Position numbers and translations under genes: made by a program
In this document: positions 12,859 through 24,330 of the stretch, one piece after another
Layout: each line of letters opens with the position of its first letter
How positions within the stretch are numbered: position 1 is the stretch's first letter
NCBI RefSeq assembly: GCF_001194135.2
Contig: NC_068990.1
Coordinates: forward strand, 78,635,164-78,681,401
Reading direction: 5' to 3'
Source of the DNA: Octopus bimaculoides
Lineage: Eukaryota
Length of the DNA stretch: 46,238 nucleotides
Notes under the pieces: model-generated
Seen by the model: only the letters and a program-made list of their open reading frames with translations
The model's database searches: none
Told to the model about the DNA's origin: nothing

Positions 12859-13268
12859 AAAATCAAAATCGCTGACATGGCCGATGACAGTACTGCCTGA
12901 CTGGCACCCATGCTGGTGGCACGTTAGTCCCACCGGACTGGCATCCATGCTGGAGACACGTAAAAAGCACCATTCAAGTGTGGTCATTGTCAATGCCGCC
13001 TGACTGGCTCTCATGCCGGTGGCACATAAAAAGCACCATTAGAGTGTGGTCAATGCCAGTACCGCCTGACTGGCCCCTGTGCTGGTGACATGTAAAAAGC
13101 ACCCACTACACTCTTGGAACGGTTAGTGTTAGGAAGGGCATCTAGCTTTAGAAACACTGCCAGATCAGATTGGAGCCTGGTGCGGCTTCCTGGCTTGCCA
13201 GTCCCCAGTCCAACCCATGTCAGCATGGAAAGCAGATGTTAAATGATGATGATGATGATGATGATGAT
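12857..13268 (+). mobile_element. Family D copy with four internal tandem modules and (GAT)n tail
   Basis: Repeated gcctgactggc...gc(c/t)ggtggcac...taaaaagcacc units, then the standard 3' end. Confidence 0.85.
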
Positions 13269-13439
13269 ATATATATGTGCCTATATATATATGTGTGTGT
13301 GTGTGTGTGTTTGACTATACATATAAATATATATATATAAGCCTATACACACATATATATATATGGCATGCACACATGTTTCTATGTATTCACACACATG
13401 CACATATACAGAGGTATATATATATATGTATATACATGG

Positions 13440-13604
13440 TCACTTATTTTGCTAATGGATAACTTGTGAAAGGTGTTGACAGCATCAATCCGAGACATCC
13501 ATCCTTCTCCATTTCTAGCACATTGATTCTCCTGGGAGTGAATGTGGCTGATGTGACCAATACGAGATAGGTAGATCCTGTGGCACCGAGGGCACTGAAA
13601 AGGG

Positions 13605-13606
<2 letters not shown>
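13440..13606 (-). mobile_element. 3' end of a BovB-like RTE LINE
   Basis: PFQCPRCHRIYLSRIGHISHIHS matches the C-terminal CxxC...SRIGL.SH zinc finger of BovB-type RTE ORFs. Confidence 0.7.
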
Positions 13607-13638
<32 letters not shown>

Positions 13639-13752
13639 NNNNNNNNNNNNNNNNNNNNNNNNNNNNNNNNNNNNNNNNNNNNNNNNNNNNNNNNNNNNNN
13701 NNNNNNNNNNNNNNNNNNNNNNNNNNNNNNNNNNNNNNNNNNNNNNNNNNNN
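13639..13752. other. Assembly gap within (TA)n
   Basis: Seen directly. Confidence 1.
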
Positions 13753-13879
13753 ACAGCTGCAAGGGCTATATATATATATATAAACTTACTTGGAAATGGA
13801 TGTGTGGCGTTCAATCAAATAATTACATTATATACATACATATATATCTATATAAATATATATATATATATATATATAC

Positions 13880-14150
13880 ATGCATATATGGCTACAGGAT
13901 GTCACCAACAGTAAACAACATGAAATACGAAAACAAATGAGTTCAACATGCAAACAACGAGAGGAACAAAAGGAAAACAGGACAAGTAACATAAAGAACG
14001 ACCCTTCATCAGTTGTCGGCAGTCCATCTACTCCTCATTTTGAGCATTGAATGACAATATGAGTCTTTGAAGACAGGTGCTCTCATAAGTACCAAAATAA
14101 AATTTGGGATTTATGAAGGGTCAAAGTTCCTGACTGTGACCCTCTATAAA
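13880..14150 (-). mobile_element. Unclassified interspersed repeat (possibly a Penelope-like terminus)
   Basis: catat..g.tacagga..tca...gtaaacaacatgaaa recurs at about 33410-33482. The Penelope assignment is only a recalled resemblance. Confidence 0.35.
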
Positions 14151-14754
14151 TCCCAAAATATGCATGTGTATATATTCACACTACACATATATATCTGGTT
14201 GAGTGCAAGTTTGCCGTGTCAGTTTGCAATGTCTGCCTTTCTGGTCTCTGTTGCTGCAGGTGAGATAACCACCCTGAAATGCATGCATCTAAGAGTCTGG
14301 CTGAATGGCGCGGGGTGACTCAGTCTAGTTACACCTCTCTGTCTACCGTGAGAAATTTTCTCCATGACAAAACACAGTGAATGGCTTTTTTACTGGTAAC
14401 AAGCTTGTATCATCATCATGCACACATAAACACACTCATGTGTACTCTCCAAAATATGATTCTTATTGTTTCCCAATGTAAAATAGTCAAATGATTCTCT
14501 CTACTTTAGGCAGAAGGCCTGAAATGCTTGGGAGGGCAAAATCAAAATCTGAATGGCATTTGAACTCAGAACAAAAAGAACCAGATGCCACTAAGCACTT
14601 TGTTTTGCCCATTAAAACGATCCTGTCAGGTCACCACCTTCAGATCGAAGAAAAATATTATGAACATCATCATCATGCAGGGGACAAGGGCTTTATATTT
14701 GAATTCAATTTAAATTAAATGTAATGGAACATTTATTATTATTGTTGTTGTTGT

Positions 14755-15030
14755 TGTTGAGTGAGAAAGCAGCACATGTCATCAAAGTGAGGCTGGGGTA
14801 CAAATTTACAAAGCCCTATATAACCCATCATGATTACTCTCTGATAAGGGTACACAGGGTACATGCATTACAGCCATATGTGCACAATATGGAAACCTCA
14901 TATCAAGATAGACAGCACAAGGTCCAGTAGTCCATTCCACTCAAAAGCTCACCGAATAAAGGTTGTTTAAGGATGATGAACGAAACACCAGGTTTGGGTT
15001 AGGATGAATTACTCAAACTCCAAAAACTTC
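14755..15030 (-). mobile_element. Retroposon 3' end ('family E')
   Basis: Reverse-complement homolog of 34190-34500 (gtttatcttgatat.agat.acc, ctttgatg...ctctcac), ending in an (AAC/AAT)n tail. Confidence 0.65.
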
Positions 15031-15274
15031 CTCTTATTGTTATTATTATTATTATCTTTCCTATGGCACAAATAAAATACAATACCAGTCACATGCAAAG
15101 GCTAAGTTTATGCATTCAGTGCAAAAATTAGCTCAGGAATCTACAAAAGGAGCAGAATTTATAAGCCCTGTGAAGGACTAACCAGTGATATATTTGGGTC
15201 CATTTCAACTGACTGCTATTCTCTTCTTGACCCATTTAAAAGGAACCCCTATTAAAAGATATTCATCATTACAG

Positions 15275-15937
15275 GTCAAGTTTGCCATTTGGGGATCAAT
15301 AAAATAAAGTACCAATCAGGTATTGGAGTCAATGCAGTCGACATAACTCTTCCCATCAAAACTGGAGTCAACTGAGCCTCTCCCGTGAAATTGCTAGCCT
15401 CGTTCCAAAGTTTGAAACCATTATTATTATTATTATTATTAAGGTGGTGAGCTGGCAGAAACGTTAGCATGCCAGGCGAAATGCTTAGCGGTATTTCATT
15501 TGCAGCTACGTTCCAAGTTCAAATTCTGCCGAGGTTGACTTTGCTTATCATCCTTTCAAAGTCGCTTAAATAAGTACCAGTCATGCACTGGAGTCAATGT
15601 AATCGACTTACTCCCTCCCCGAAAAGTTCAGGCATTGTGCCTATAATAGAAAGGAGGATTATTATTATTATTATGATGATGATTATGAAGGTGGCGAGCT
15701 GGCAGAATTGTTAGTGCGCTGGACGAAATGCTTAGTGGTATTTTGCCTGTCGCTAGGTTCTGAGTTCAAATTCCACCAAGGTCAACTTTGCCTTTCAACC
15801 ATTCAGGGTTGAAATAAGTACCAGTTACACACTGAGGTCGATGTAATCAACTAGTCCCCTCACCCCAAATTTCAAGCCTTGTGCCTAGAGTCGAAAGAAT
15901 TACTATAATTATTAAGGTGGCGAGTTGGCAGAATTAC
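15275..15937 (+). mobile_element. Head-to-tail array of 3-4 family A SINEs
   Basis: aaggtgg(t/c)gag(c/t)tggcagaa heads at about 15441, 15688 and 15915, each directly after the (ATT)n tail of the previous copy. Confidence 0.85.
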
Positions 15938-16039
15938 CATTTTACTTCTTGAAACCTTCAGTTAACAGCGATAGTTTAATTCTTGTTCAACATCTTAACC
16001 AAAATAAATAGACGACTCATCCACGTACTTTGATCTTAA

Positions 16040-16199
16040 CATGGGCCCCTCAACCGTAGAGGCCCCCTGCGACCGCACGGGTTGCAAGAGATTAGTGCCC
16101 CCCCCCCAAAAAAAAAAAATACATATTGCCTACAGTAATAGCCTACAACAGGATGAAAAGTGCCGCCCGGAGTGGACCACCCCCGCTACGCTAGTGTTA
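16040..16199. mobile_element. Degenerate right end of a hAT-type non-autonomous element
   Basis: GC-rich gggcccc...gaccgc segment ending in cccccgctacgctagtg, a CAGTGGCGTAGC-like TIR in reverse. Confidence 0.35.
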
Positions 16200-17645
16200 T
16201 CCCCAAGAACAGAGATTGAGGTGAGAGGCTGGCAGAGTTAGCAATGCTTTTTATTTGGCACCTTATATTTCTGAGTTCAAATCTTACAAATACTGACAAT
16301 AAAAGACAGAAAACGGACTTGTAAAGGCGCGCGCGAGAGTCATAAAAGAGGGACGGGAAAGGGCACACTGCCTCACCTTTTACACACCCACATACATATA
16401 TGTAGTGTGAGTAGAGAGTAATAATAGAGTATTGTGAGAGAGAGAGAGAGGAAGCGAGAGGGAGAGATGCCCTCGTCACTCCTGAACATATTCCCCCTCC
16501 TCCAACATATCATGGAGGCGGCAGTGAATTAAGAACAGTCAGGGAGAGAGAAGGGACAGAGAAAGAAGCGATGAGGAATGTGGTGGAGGTAATTACTGCA
16601 AACATCCACCGCCGCAGCAACAGGTTGTGTTTGTGGACTGATGAGGGAATCGGGTATGCAAATAGGAAAGTGCGAATAAATCAAAGTTGACACACACACA
16701 CACACACACACTCTACATACGTACGTGTGTAGAGTGTGTGCGTGCGTGTATATATCATAGATACGTGGACCAAAACTTGCATACATATCTTCCCATTCAG
16801 GCGCGTATTTGAACAAAAACTTTCACACACACACACATGTAAAGAAACGGCTATAAAATATAAATTTAATCAATTATGCACTTTAATTATTCTATATGTA
16901 AATGTTGTTATAGCCTACATTTTTTAAGAAAGCAACTTTAAATCGCAACGAAGTTACATATATATATATATATATATAATTATATATATAATTTAAAGTT
17001 AGATGTATATATGATTGTTTAAATTAAAACAAGCTTATGTACGTATGTGTGTGCGTGTGTCGATGTTTACACTTTCTCCTTGAATGATCCACACAGCAAC
17101 AGGTGCTCTCTCTCTTCGCACATCTCTTTCTATGGTTCCCTCCAATTAATGCAAATAACCAGGAGCAACGGTGTGTAAATTTTTGGCTATTTTTTTTCTT
17201 TTTTTACATTAAAACATTGCAAAGGGCACCTTGCTGCTTTTCTCACGGGGTCGATAGTATACAGGGTGTGTGTGGCTCGATAACAACAGTTTAGTGTATG
17301 TATATTATTCATTATTGTATGACTTCAGTTTCATATTGATATTATCAAAAGACAATACAGGAGTTTAAACGAAAATACTGTTTTCGTTATATACCCCGGT
17401 GAAAGAGTCCAGTTATATGAGAAACAATAGACACCGGAAACTCTAGACGTCCAAAATGTTGATGCTTAATGTTTCTTGAAAATCTGACAGACAAGACCCA
17501 AGGTAAATGTTAGAGAATATGAGAACAAAATTAAAAACAAGCATAGATTTGAAGGGAGTTCTCCCTATCAAATGTTTGGAAGAGGGTTTAAATTTGTTTT
17601 TACTTTGTCTAAATATTAACAAATAACAACAGCTACATCGACTGC

Positions 17646-17681
<36 letters not shown>

Positions 17682-18866
17682 TTTTTTTTTTTTAATAATA
17701 ATAATAGTGTTGATGGTGATGATGATAAAGATAATGAAATATTGAAGGTAGGAAGTATTTCATGAAAGTAGCCTTGTCTTAGGGACAAGGCACCTCAAGT
17801 AACAAGATTCCGGGACATATTCAGATTATTTTGGTGAGTATTACTATTAAGAAATCAATATTATTGATATTATTAACACCATTATTACTATTATTATTAT
17901 AGTTTCCTTTACACCGGGATCGATAAAATAAGTACAAGTCATATACTGGGTCAATTAAATCGATAACACTCCTTTATAAATCGGTGACCTTGTGCCCATC
18001 ATCATCAACCATATCAGTCGTGGTGGTGGTGGGGAGAATCCCTGATCCCCAAGCAAAAGGAATGAACATCACAGATTCCCATAGTCCCGTTTTTTTTAAT
18101 GTCTCTGCGTGATTAAGTAAACAGTAGCAGAGATTTATTGCCACTAATTACTATAAATTAACTAAATAGCATAGACAACAAATAATAGTAATAATAACAA
18201 GTCTTTATAATCCCTCACCTTGTGGAAGTAATGCGTGCAGATAAAGTTTCCACTTTCAACAGGGGGTTTCGGTTAAACACACACACATGATATAAAGATA
18301 TGTGTATGTGTGTATATATATACACACACAAATAGAGACGAATGTAGCTGTTAATTAAGGCAGAGATTATAATAATAATAATAAAGCAGATTCACGCCAG
18401 CCCAGTCATAATTAACGATAACAAAAAAATTAGAGAGAAAACTTTTCAACAAGTTTTGTCAAGAGAAAAATCTGTGCAAACGACATTTGAAAAATGTTTC
18501 ATACTTACCCTAATTTTTTTAATAAAGTATTAACAACCACCACAACTACCAGGGTGGGAACTAAATAATATCAGAGGCGAGCGACGACGACTCTCTCTCT
18601 CTTTCTTTCAGCTTTTCCCCTCTCTCTAACCCTCTTTCTTTATGCTCTCTTCCTCTCTCTCTCTCTCTCGTTCTCGTTTTCTTTTTTTATTATCTTCTAT
18701 ATATGTCTGCTTTCTGTCTACCCTTTTAGTGTGCGCATGTATATGTATGTATGTGTATAATCAATAGCAGCACTCACTCCACGCTGTGTATATAGGTTGT
18801 TTTCGTGTGTTTATAGCTTTTAAGGGTAAACTCGACATATTATGTGCGTGTGTGTATCTGGTCCTG

Positions 18867-18905
18867 ATGGTGGTTGCGTCGTCGCTGCAGCTGTTGCAGT
18901 CGTAG
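18867..18905 (+). other. Upstream ORF MVVASSLQLLQS*, in frame with the downstream signal-peptide ORF
   Basis: ATG at 18867, TAG at 18903-18905, next ATG at 18909 (42 nt apart, same frame). Confidence 0.5.
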
Positions 18906-18908
18906 TCG

Positions 18909-19015
18909 ATGGTATTGTTGTTGTTGCTTAGGTTACTGTTGTTGTTGTTATTGCTGCACTTGTCGCAGTCCTCCACCCTCAGTGTCCCTCCACAGGTAGC
19001 TGGAGGTGGCCACAG
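18909..19015 (+). CDS. Candidate first coding exon: signal peptide of an unidentified secreted or membrane protein (MVLLLLLRLLLLLLLLHLSQSSTLSVPPQVAGGGH, phase-2 intron)
   Basis: ATG, 13 Leu in a 14-residue stretch, polar c-region, then perfect donor CAG|GTAAGT at 19015/19016. Five interruptions of the TTG run are synonymous Leu codons (CTT, TTA, CTG, TTA, CTG). It lies at the end of the CpG island. Confidence 0.6.
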
Positions 19016-19594
19016 GTAAGTCTGCCACCGAACGTTCCTTTCCCAGTTGCATCATTTAATTTGCCTACTAGCTTACTTTCGACTAGTTTGCTAGTAAGGT
19101 ACCACCTAGCAAGGTAGAAGAAGTTGGTAAGCTGGCTGGCTGGCTCACCAGCCTATGCAACGAGGTGGGTTTCATTAGAAACACAAATGTCCGTCAAATG
19201 AATGAAGAGAGAGAGAGAGAGAGAGAGAGAAGAAAAGATAACCGGATTAAGAAAGAAAATATAGAAAACAAGCGAGCAGACAGAGAGAGAGAAGGAATAA
19301 AGATAAAGAGACATCGTAGAAATAAAATACTGGAGCGACAAAAAAGAAAACAGTTAGAGGGTGAAAGGGTGGGGGTCGAGAGAACAGGAATTGGAATGAA
19401 ATGCTATGAATAAAGAGAGAAAGAATGAAAGAGAGTGTGAAGGAGTGTGTGCAAAGAAGAAAATAAGGAAGTATAATCTGAAAAAGAAAGAAGACAAGAA
19501 GAAAAGAGAGAAAAATCTGTTAAGGTAGCTTAAATTGTAATTGCATCCAATATTTCTACCTCCAAAAACATCACCAAATTATTATTATTATTAT

Positions 19595-20100
19595 TATTAT
19601 TATTAAGTACCTGTTGGATACTGGGGTCAATATAAATTGACTCATCCCATCCTCCAAAATTCCTTTGTGATAAAATTTCAAACTGGTGGCTGAATCATTA
19701 GCACGTTAGGCAAAATGCTTAGTGGCACTGCGTCTGTCCTTACATTCTGAGTTCAAATTCTACCGAGGTTAACTTTCATCCTTTTGGGGTCAGTAAATTA
19801 TGTACCTGTGAAACACTGGGTCGATATAATCGACCAGTCCCCTCCCACCAAAATTAGTAGAAAGGATTATTATTATTATTATTAAGGTGGTCACCTGGCA
19901 GAATTGTTAGTATGTCAGACAAAGTGCTTGTCATCCTTCTTTATGTTCCAAGTTCAAATTCTGCCAAGGCCAGTTTTGCCTTTCATCCTTTCAGGGTCAA
20001 TGAAATAAGTACCAGTTGTACAATGGGGTTGATGTAACCCATAAGCCCCCACCTACAAAGATTTCACATCTTGTGTGTCTATAGCAGGAAGTATTATTGT
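19595..20100 (+). mobile_element. Second tandem array of about 3 family A SINEs
   Basis: Repeated gttcaaattc...gcctttcatcctttc...taagtacc...ggggt(c/t)gat blocks separated by (ATT)n. Confidence 0.8.
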
Positions 20101-20104
20101 TATT

Positions 20105-21570
20105 ATGTGATGAAAACTCCCAGCTTATTTTGCTGGGTTTGATGGAAAGGGAGTCAGTTGTCCACAGCCAGTAGACTAAGGTGGCACTTGTTTACTGGTC
20201 ATGCTTCAAGAACCCTGAGAAGAATTCCTGAAGTTCCAAGCAATGCTGATTTTTCTAGGTGTTCTACCTTCACACTTGCACCAATCTTTTTCAGCCATGC
20301 TGGTAGTTGAGTGCTGATACTTCCAAGTGCACCAATTACTATTGGTATCACGTCTACTCTCTTCATTGACCACAACCTTCGTATTTCTCACTTTAAATTG
20401 TCAGAGTTGTTCAATTCTTTTTCTCTTTCTCTTTGATTCTGTTGTCACCAGGACATTCTATGCTGATTATCATGCATGTTCTTTCCCTTTTTTTTCACCA
20501 CAACAATATCCTGTTTCCGATGTCTGATCAGGTGATTGCACTGGATCATTGTATCCCACAGGATTTTGCAATCTTCATTCTTAGTGACTCCTTCTGAAGT
20601 TTGTTCATACCACGTCTTTGCTCTTTGTAGGCCGTGATTTCCACAGAGCTCCCATTAGATCATTCCTGCCACATTGTCATGTCGTCTTTTGTAATTGCAT
20701 TGTGCCTCTCTCAGGAATTCACTAACAATGTGCCATACCATTTCACCCCTCTCACCATACATTCTGCATCTGTCATTCTCAGTTGTCTCTTTGGCACTTC
20801 ACATAGTTGGTCCTTAACACTTGTTCTTCTGCTGTGCATATGAGTGCTTCTGTCTTTATCTTCAGGTCACTCCTCCTCATCCATAGCCACTGGTCTTCTC
20901 CATCTGTCTTGTCATTCATATTGTTTGCAAACTGGCTGTACATTTTTTTCCTTCCTTCCTGTTTCTTTTTTTTTTGTGTTCTTTTCCTCCTTAAGTCTTT
21001 CTTTCTTAACACAATCATCAATTTTAATGATGCCAGCCTTCTTCACATGTTTCAACAATGGCTCCACAGTATCTTTTACATTCCACCCTAACCTGTTTTC
21101 CTCTGCTTCCATACAATCCTGACAACTGATCAAGCCTCTCTCACACCCTTTCTTCTGGACAAGTACAGCCTATCGGTGTCACTCTGAGGGTTGGATGCTC
21201 TGTGCACTGTCTGCATTTGTCTTGTCTTTGTATCCATGTTCGTCAGTTTTTTCTTTTGCCATTTTATGATTCCAGCTCCATATCAAAGTGATGTTATTGC
21301 CCCTGTATTAACTGCTTGAATTTTATTCCATCCAGTCAGTTTTGAGTGCAAAACCAATCTTAGTCTTTGGAAATATTCCATCCTCAGTTGCTCTTTCATT
21401 TCCTTCTCCGTTATCTCATTGAACTCTGGTATGCCAAGGTATTTGTTACCTTCCGTTTCAATTTGTTTAATCAGTTCTGTATTAGGTAATTCTGTCCCTG
21501 CTAGTGACTGTACCTTGCCTCTTTTCAGGTACATTAAACCACACTTCTTCAGTCTGAATTCCATTTTAAT
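20105..21570 (-). mobile_element. Degenerate R4/Dong-like RLE non-LTR retrotransposon (RT C-terminus, zinc-knuckle region, 3' end)
   Basis: MEFRLKKCG...KYLGI...RLRLVLHSKLTGWNKIQAVNT and WLWMRRSDLKIKTEALICTAEEQVLRTNY are typical R4-clade motifs. AAT-type tail at about 20095. Confidence 0.8.
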
Positions 21571-21656
21571 ATCAGCATTCTGATGTCATCATCGTCGTCG
21601 CTGCCACTGCTGCTGCTGTTGTTGTTGTTATTACTTGCCTTTGTGGCAAATAAATG

Positions 21657-21690
<34 letters not shown>

Positions 21691-21884
21691 TTTCTTTGTT
21701 TCAGTTATTGGACTACAGCCATGCTGGAGCACCTCTTCAATGGGTTTCAGCGATCATATCAACTCCAGTAGTTATTTTAGCACATATTGATACCTATTTG
21801 TTGAACAGCTATGTTTCAGGATATAAAAGGACTCAACAATACAGCCCCCCAAAAAACACCTGTTTTAGACCATTGTAAATGCAT

Positions 21885-22640
21885 ACATACATACAGTTAC
21901 TCTATCCAGATTACAAGTTCAGGTTTATACCTGTAATTATTGGGCCCCTGGGATATGTAACACACTGTCTGAATACCAGTCTTGAAAAATCAGGCTTCTC
22001 AAAACTAGAAAGGAGAAAGCTAATTCGAAGACTACAGATCCAATCCATCACTGGAACTGTAAAAATTTCCAGAAGTTAATCATTTAAATATATACGAGCA
22101 TGTCTAGATATGCAACTATATGCATGAGAATACATACATAAAACAAACCATGCCCCCTTGACTGGCTCCTGTGCTGGTGGCACATAGAAAAGCACCATCA
22201 AAATGTGGTCGATGCCAGTGCCACCTCACTGGCTCCTGTGCCGGTGGCATGTAAAAAGCACCCATTACACTCTCGGAGTGGTTGGCGTTAGGAAGGGCAT
22301 CCAGCTGTAGAAACTCTGCCAGATCAGATTGGAACCCGGTGCAGCCTACTGACTTGCCAGTCCTCAGTCAAACCGTCTAACCAATGCGAACATGGAAAAT
22401 GGACATTAAACGATGATGATGATGATGATGACATACATACACACATACGCACAAACACACATGCGCACACACACACATACATACATACATGTATATAAAA
22501 ATATCCTGTTGTTGATGTTGAAGTTCCAATGAAGGAGCCTTGGATCTAGGTTAGAAACCGGTTCTTTCTCCATTGGCAAGAAATCTTGAAATAAAACTGA
22601 ATAATGACATACACACATACACATATATTCATGCATATAC
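21885..22640 (+). mobile_element. C-terminus and 3'UTR of a second RLE LINE family with (CATA)n tail; family D copy nested at 22149-22431
   Basis: QLLYPDYKFRFIPVIIGPLGYVTHCLNTSLEKSGF matches the RLE C-terminal 'IPVIIG.LG' motif. Homologs at 24140-24300 and 33660-33770. Confidence 0.75.
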
Positions 22641-22693
22641 ATACACACATGTATAAAAAATATGCATACATACACACACATATATACATACAT

Positions 22694-22926
22694 AGGGCGG
22701 GGAGCTGGCAGAATCGTTAACCCGCCGGGCGAAATGCTAAGCAGTATTTCGTCTGTCTTTACGTTCTGAGTTCAAATTCCACCGAGGTCAACTTTACCTT
22801 TCATCCTTTCGGGGTCGATTAAATAAGTACCAGTTACGCACTGGGGTCGATGTAATCGGCTTAATCCCTTTGTCTGTCTTTGTTTGTCCCCTCTATGTTT
22901 AGCCCCCTGTGGGCAATAAAGAAATA
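22694..22926 (+). mobile_element. Best-preserved family A SINE
   Basis: ggcggggagctggcagaa head, B-box-like GTTCAAATTCC (22770-22780), conserved core gaggtcaactttacctttcatcctttcggggtcgat, and AATAAA tail. Confidence 0.85.
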
Positions 22927-22959
22927 TATATACATACATAAACATTAAAACTCACAAAA

Positions 22960-24330
22960 TGTTGACCTCTGCAGAAACGCCCCTCCCCTCATTCCCAGAA
23001 ACAGCAATAACGACAGATTCAGACTCTACTTTGAAAGAAAGGATGGTAGAAATGGTTCTAAGATGAGAGCAGACAGTGTTGTTTGAGTGTTGTATGACAT
23101 CACTCAGGCAACAACTGGCAAACAATAACAACAACAAAAAAAAAAAACATCAGCCGTTTACTCAAAAATGATGAACATCCTGAAAAGCAACAGTGAACTC
23201 ATCATGAGGCCATCATTTCCTGATGACTTCCTGTTTAAACCCATGAGTGTGAGGTCGACATATTTCAGCAAAAACATAGAAGAGAAACACTTTGCATCCC
23301 ACAAATAGGCTATGCATGGCTGTTTCCTGTAAACTTGAAGAGAATGGTAATAACATGAAGCATCCCTCTCTCTTGGACTCATGACCATTACATCATGTCA
23401 CACTTTGAATGTTATCATCGTCGTTTAGCGTCCGCTTTCCATGCTAGCATGGGTTGGACGATTTGACTGAGGACTGGTGAAACCAGATGGCTACACCAGG
23501 CTCCAATCTGATTTGGCAGTTTCTACAGCTGGATGCCCTTCCTAACACCAACCACTCAGAGAGTGTAGTGGGTGCTTTTTACATGCCACCAGCACGAAGG
23601 CCAGTCAGGCAGTACTGGCAACGGCCACTCTCAAAATGGTGTATTTTATGTGCCACCCACACAAGAGCCAGTCGATTTCAGTTATGCTTTTGTAATCCAA
23701 GAACAGGAGGCAGAGTTACCAAATATCTCATGAAAATACAAGATGAAGAAGCTTTTAGGTTCCTGAGATGCAGCTGTAAATGTCAATTATCTTATTCTTC
23801 TATGAAGGACATGACTCAATATAATCAGGAGTTGTCCAAAAGACAAGGCACCACTTCCCCCTCCCACTGCGGCCTGACTGTTGCTAAAACAATATCCAAT
23901 ATCATGTAAAGGCAACACTGCCCTGGAATAAATACACATAGACACTATCCCTAATATTAACACAAGGAATATTGGTGGAACATTCCCATCAAGGTCTTAT
24001 AAAAGATGTATAGATATAAAAGGGACATCATGCCCAGTTATAGGGATTAGCTGTCCCTGAAGATCTTGATATTTCTTCCAAAATCAGCAAAGAGGATATT
24101 TACAGAACCAGCTTTTTTGAAACCAGAAGCTCCTTTATCCTGATTATAAATTCACATTTATACCAGTAATTATCGGTGTAATTGTTTACATTAGTAAATG
24201 TGTCAATTTGGAAAAATTAGGATTTCCAGGTGAAGAAAAAGACCAGCTAACACATTCTTCACAGATACAATCTGTGGGTTGATGAAAGTATGCAACACTT
24301 TTCTTCAGGTCAGCATGAAACACTTAACAT
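22960..24330 (+). mobile_element. Highly degenerate RLE LINE (same family as 21885) interrupted by family D
   Basis: LSWTHDHYIMSHFECY|AFVIQEQE reads continuously once 23416-23680 is removed. Downstream LLYPDYKFTFIPVIIGV motif. Confidence 0.65.
23416..23680 (-). mobile_element. Family D copy with 5-bp TSD GTTAT
   Basis: GTTAT at 23411-23415 and 23681-23685. Confidence 0.8.

Larger units (their letters stand above)
16290..19140. promoter_or_regulatory. TE-poor, CpG-retaining putative promoter / 5' island
   Basis: Non-repeat CpG clusters (ggcgcgcgcgag 16326, ccaccgccgcagc about 16606, ggcgagcgacgacgac about 18576) and GA/CT tracts. Only one small SINE fragment (about 17905-17990) in about 3 kb, versus dense SINE arrays on both sides. 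Confidence 0.55.

Noticed and set aside
16656-17156. Two octamer motifs ATGCAAAT (16656, 17149) in the island
   Set aside because: The same 8-mer occurs elsewhere (e.g. about 1279, 4566, 38868, 45496) in this AT-rich DNA, so it is not distinguishable from chance.
17783-17833. 51-nt open stretch between cttAG and TTG|GTGAGT
   Set aside because: Weak pyrimidine tract, unrecognisable peptide, and it lies upstream of the proposed start; cannot be supported.
22525-22570. Hammerhead-like motif aTGAAGga-gcc...ggt-taGAAACCGGTTC in the RLE 3'UTR (similar at about 33848)
   Set aside because: It lacks the invariant CUGANGA core and has no convincing stem I.
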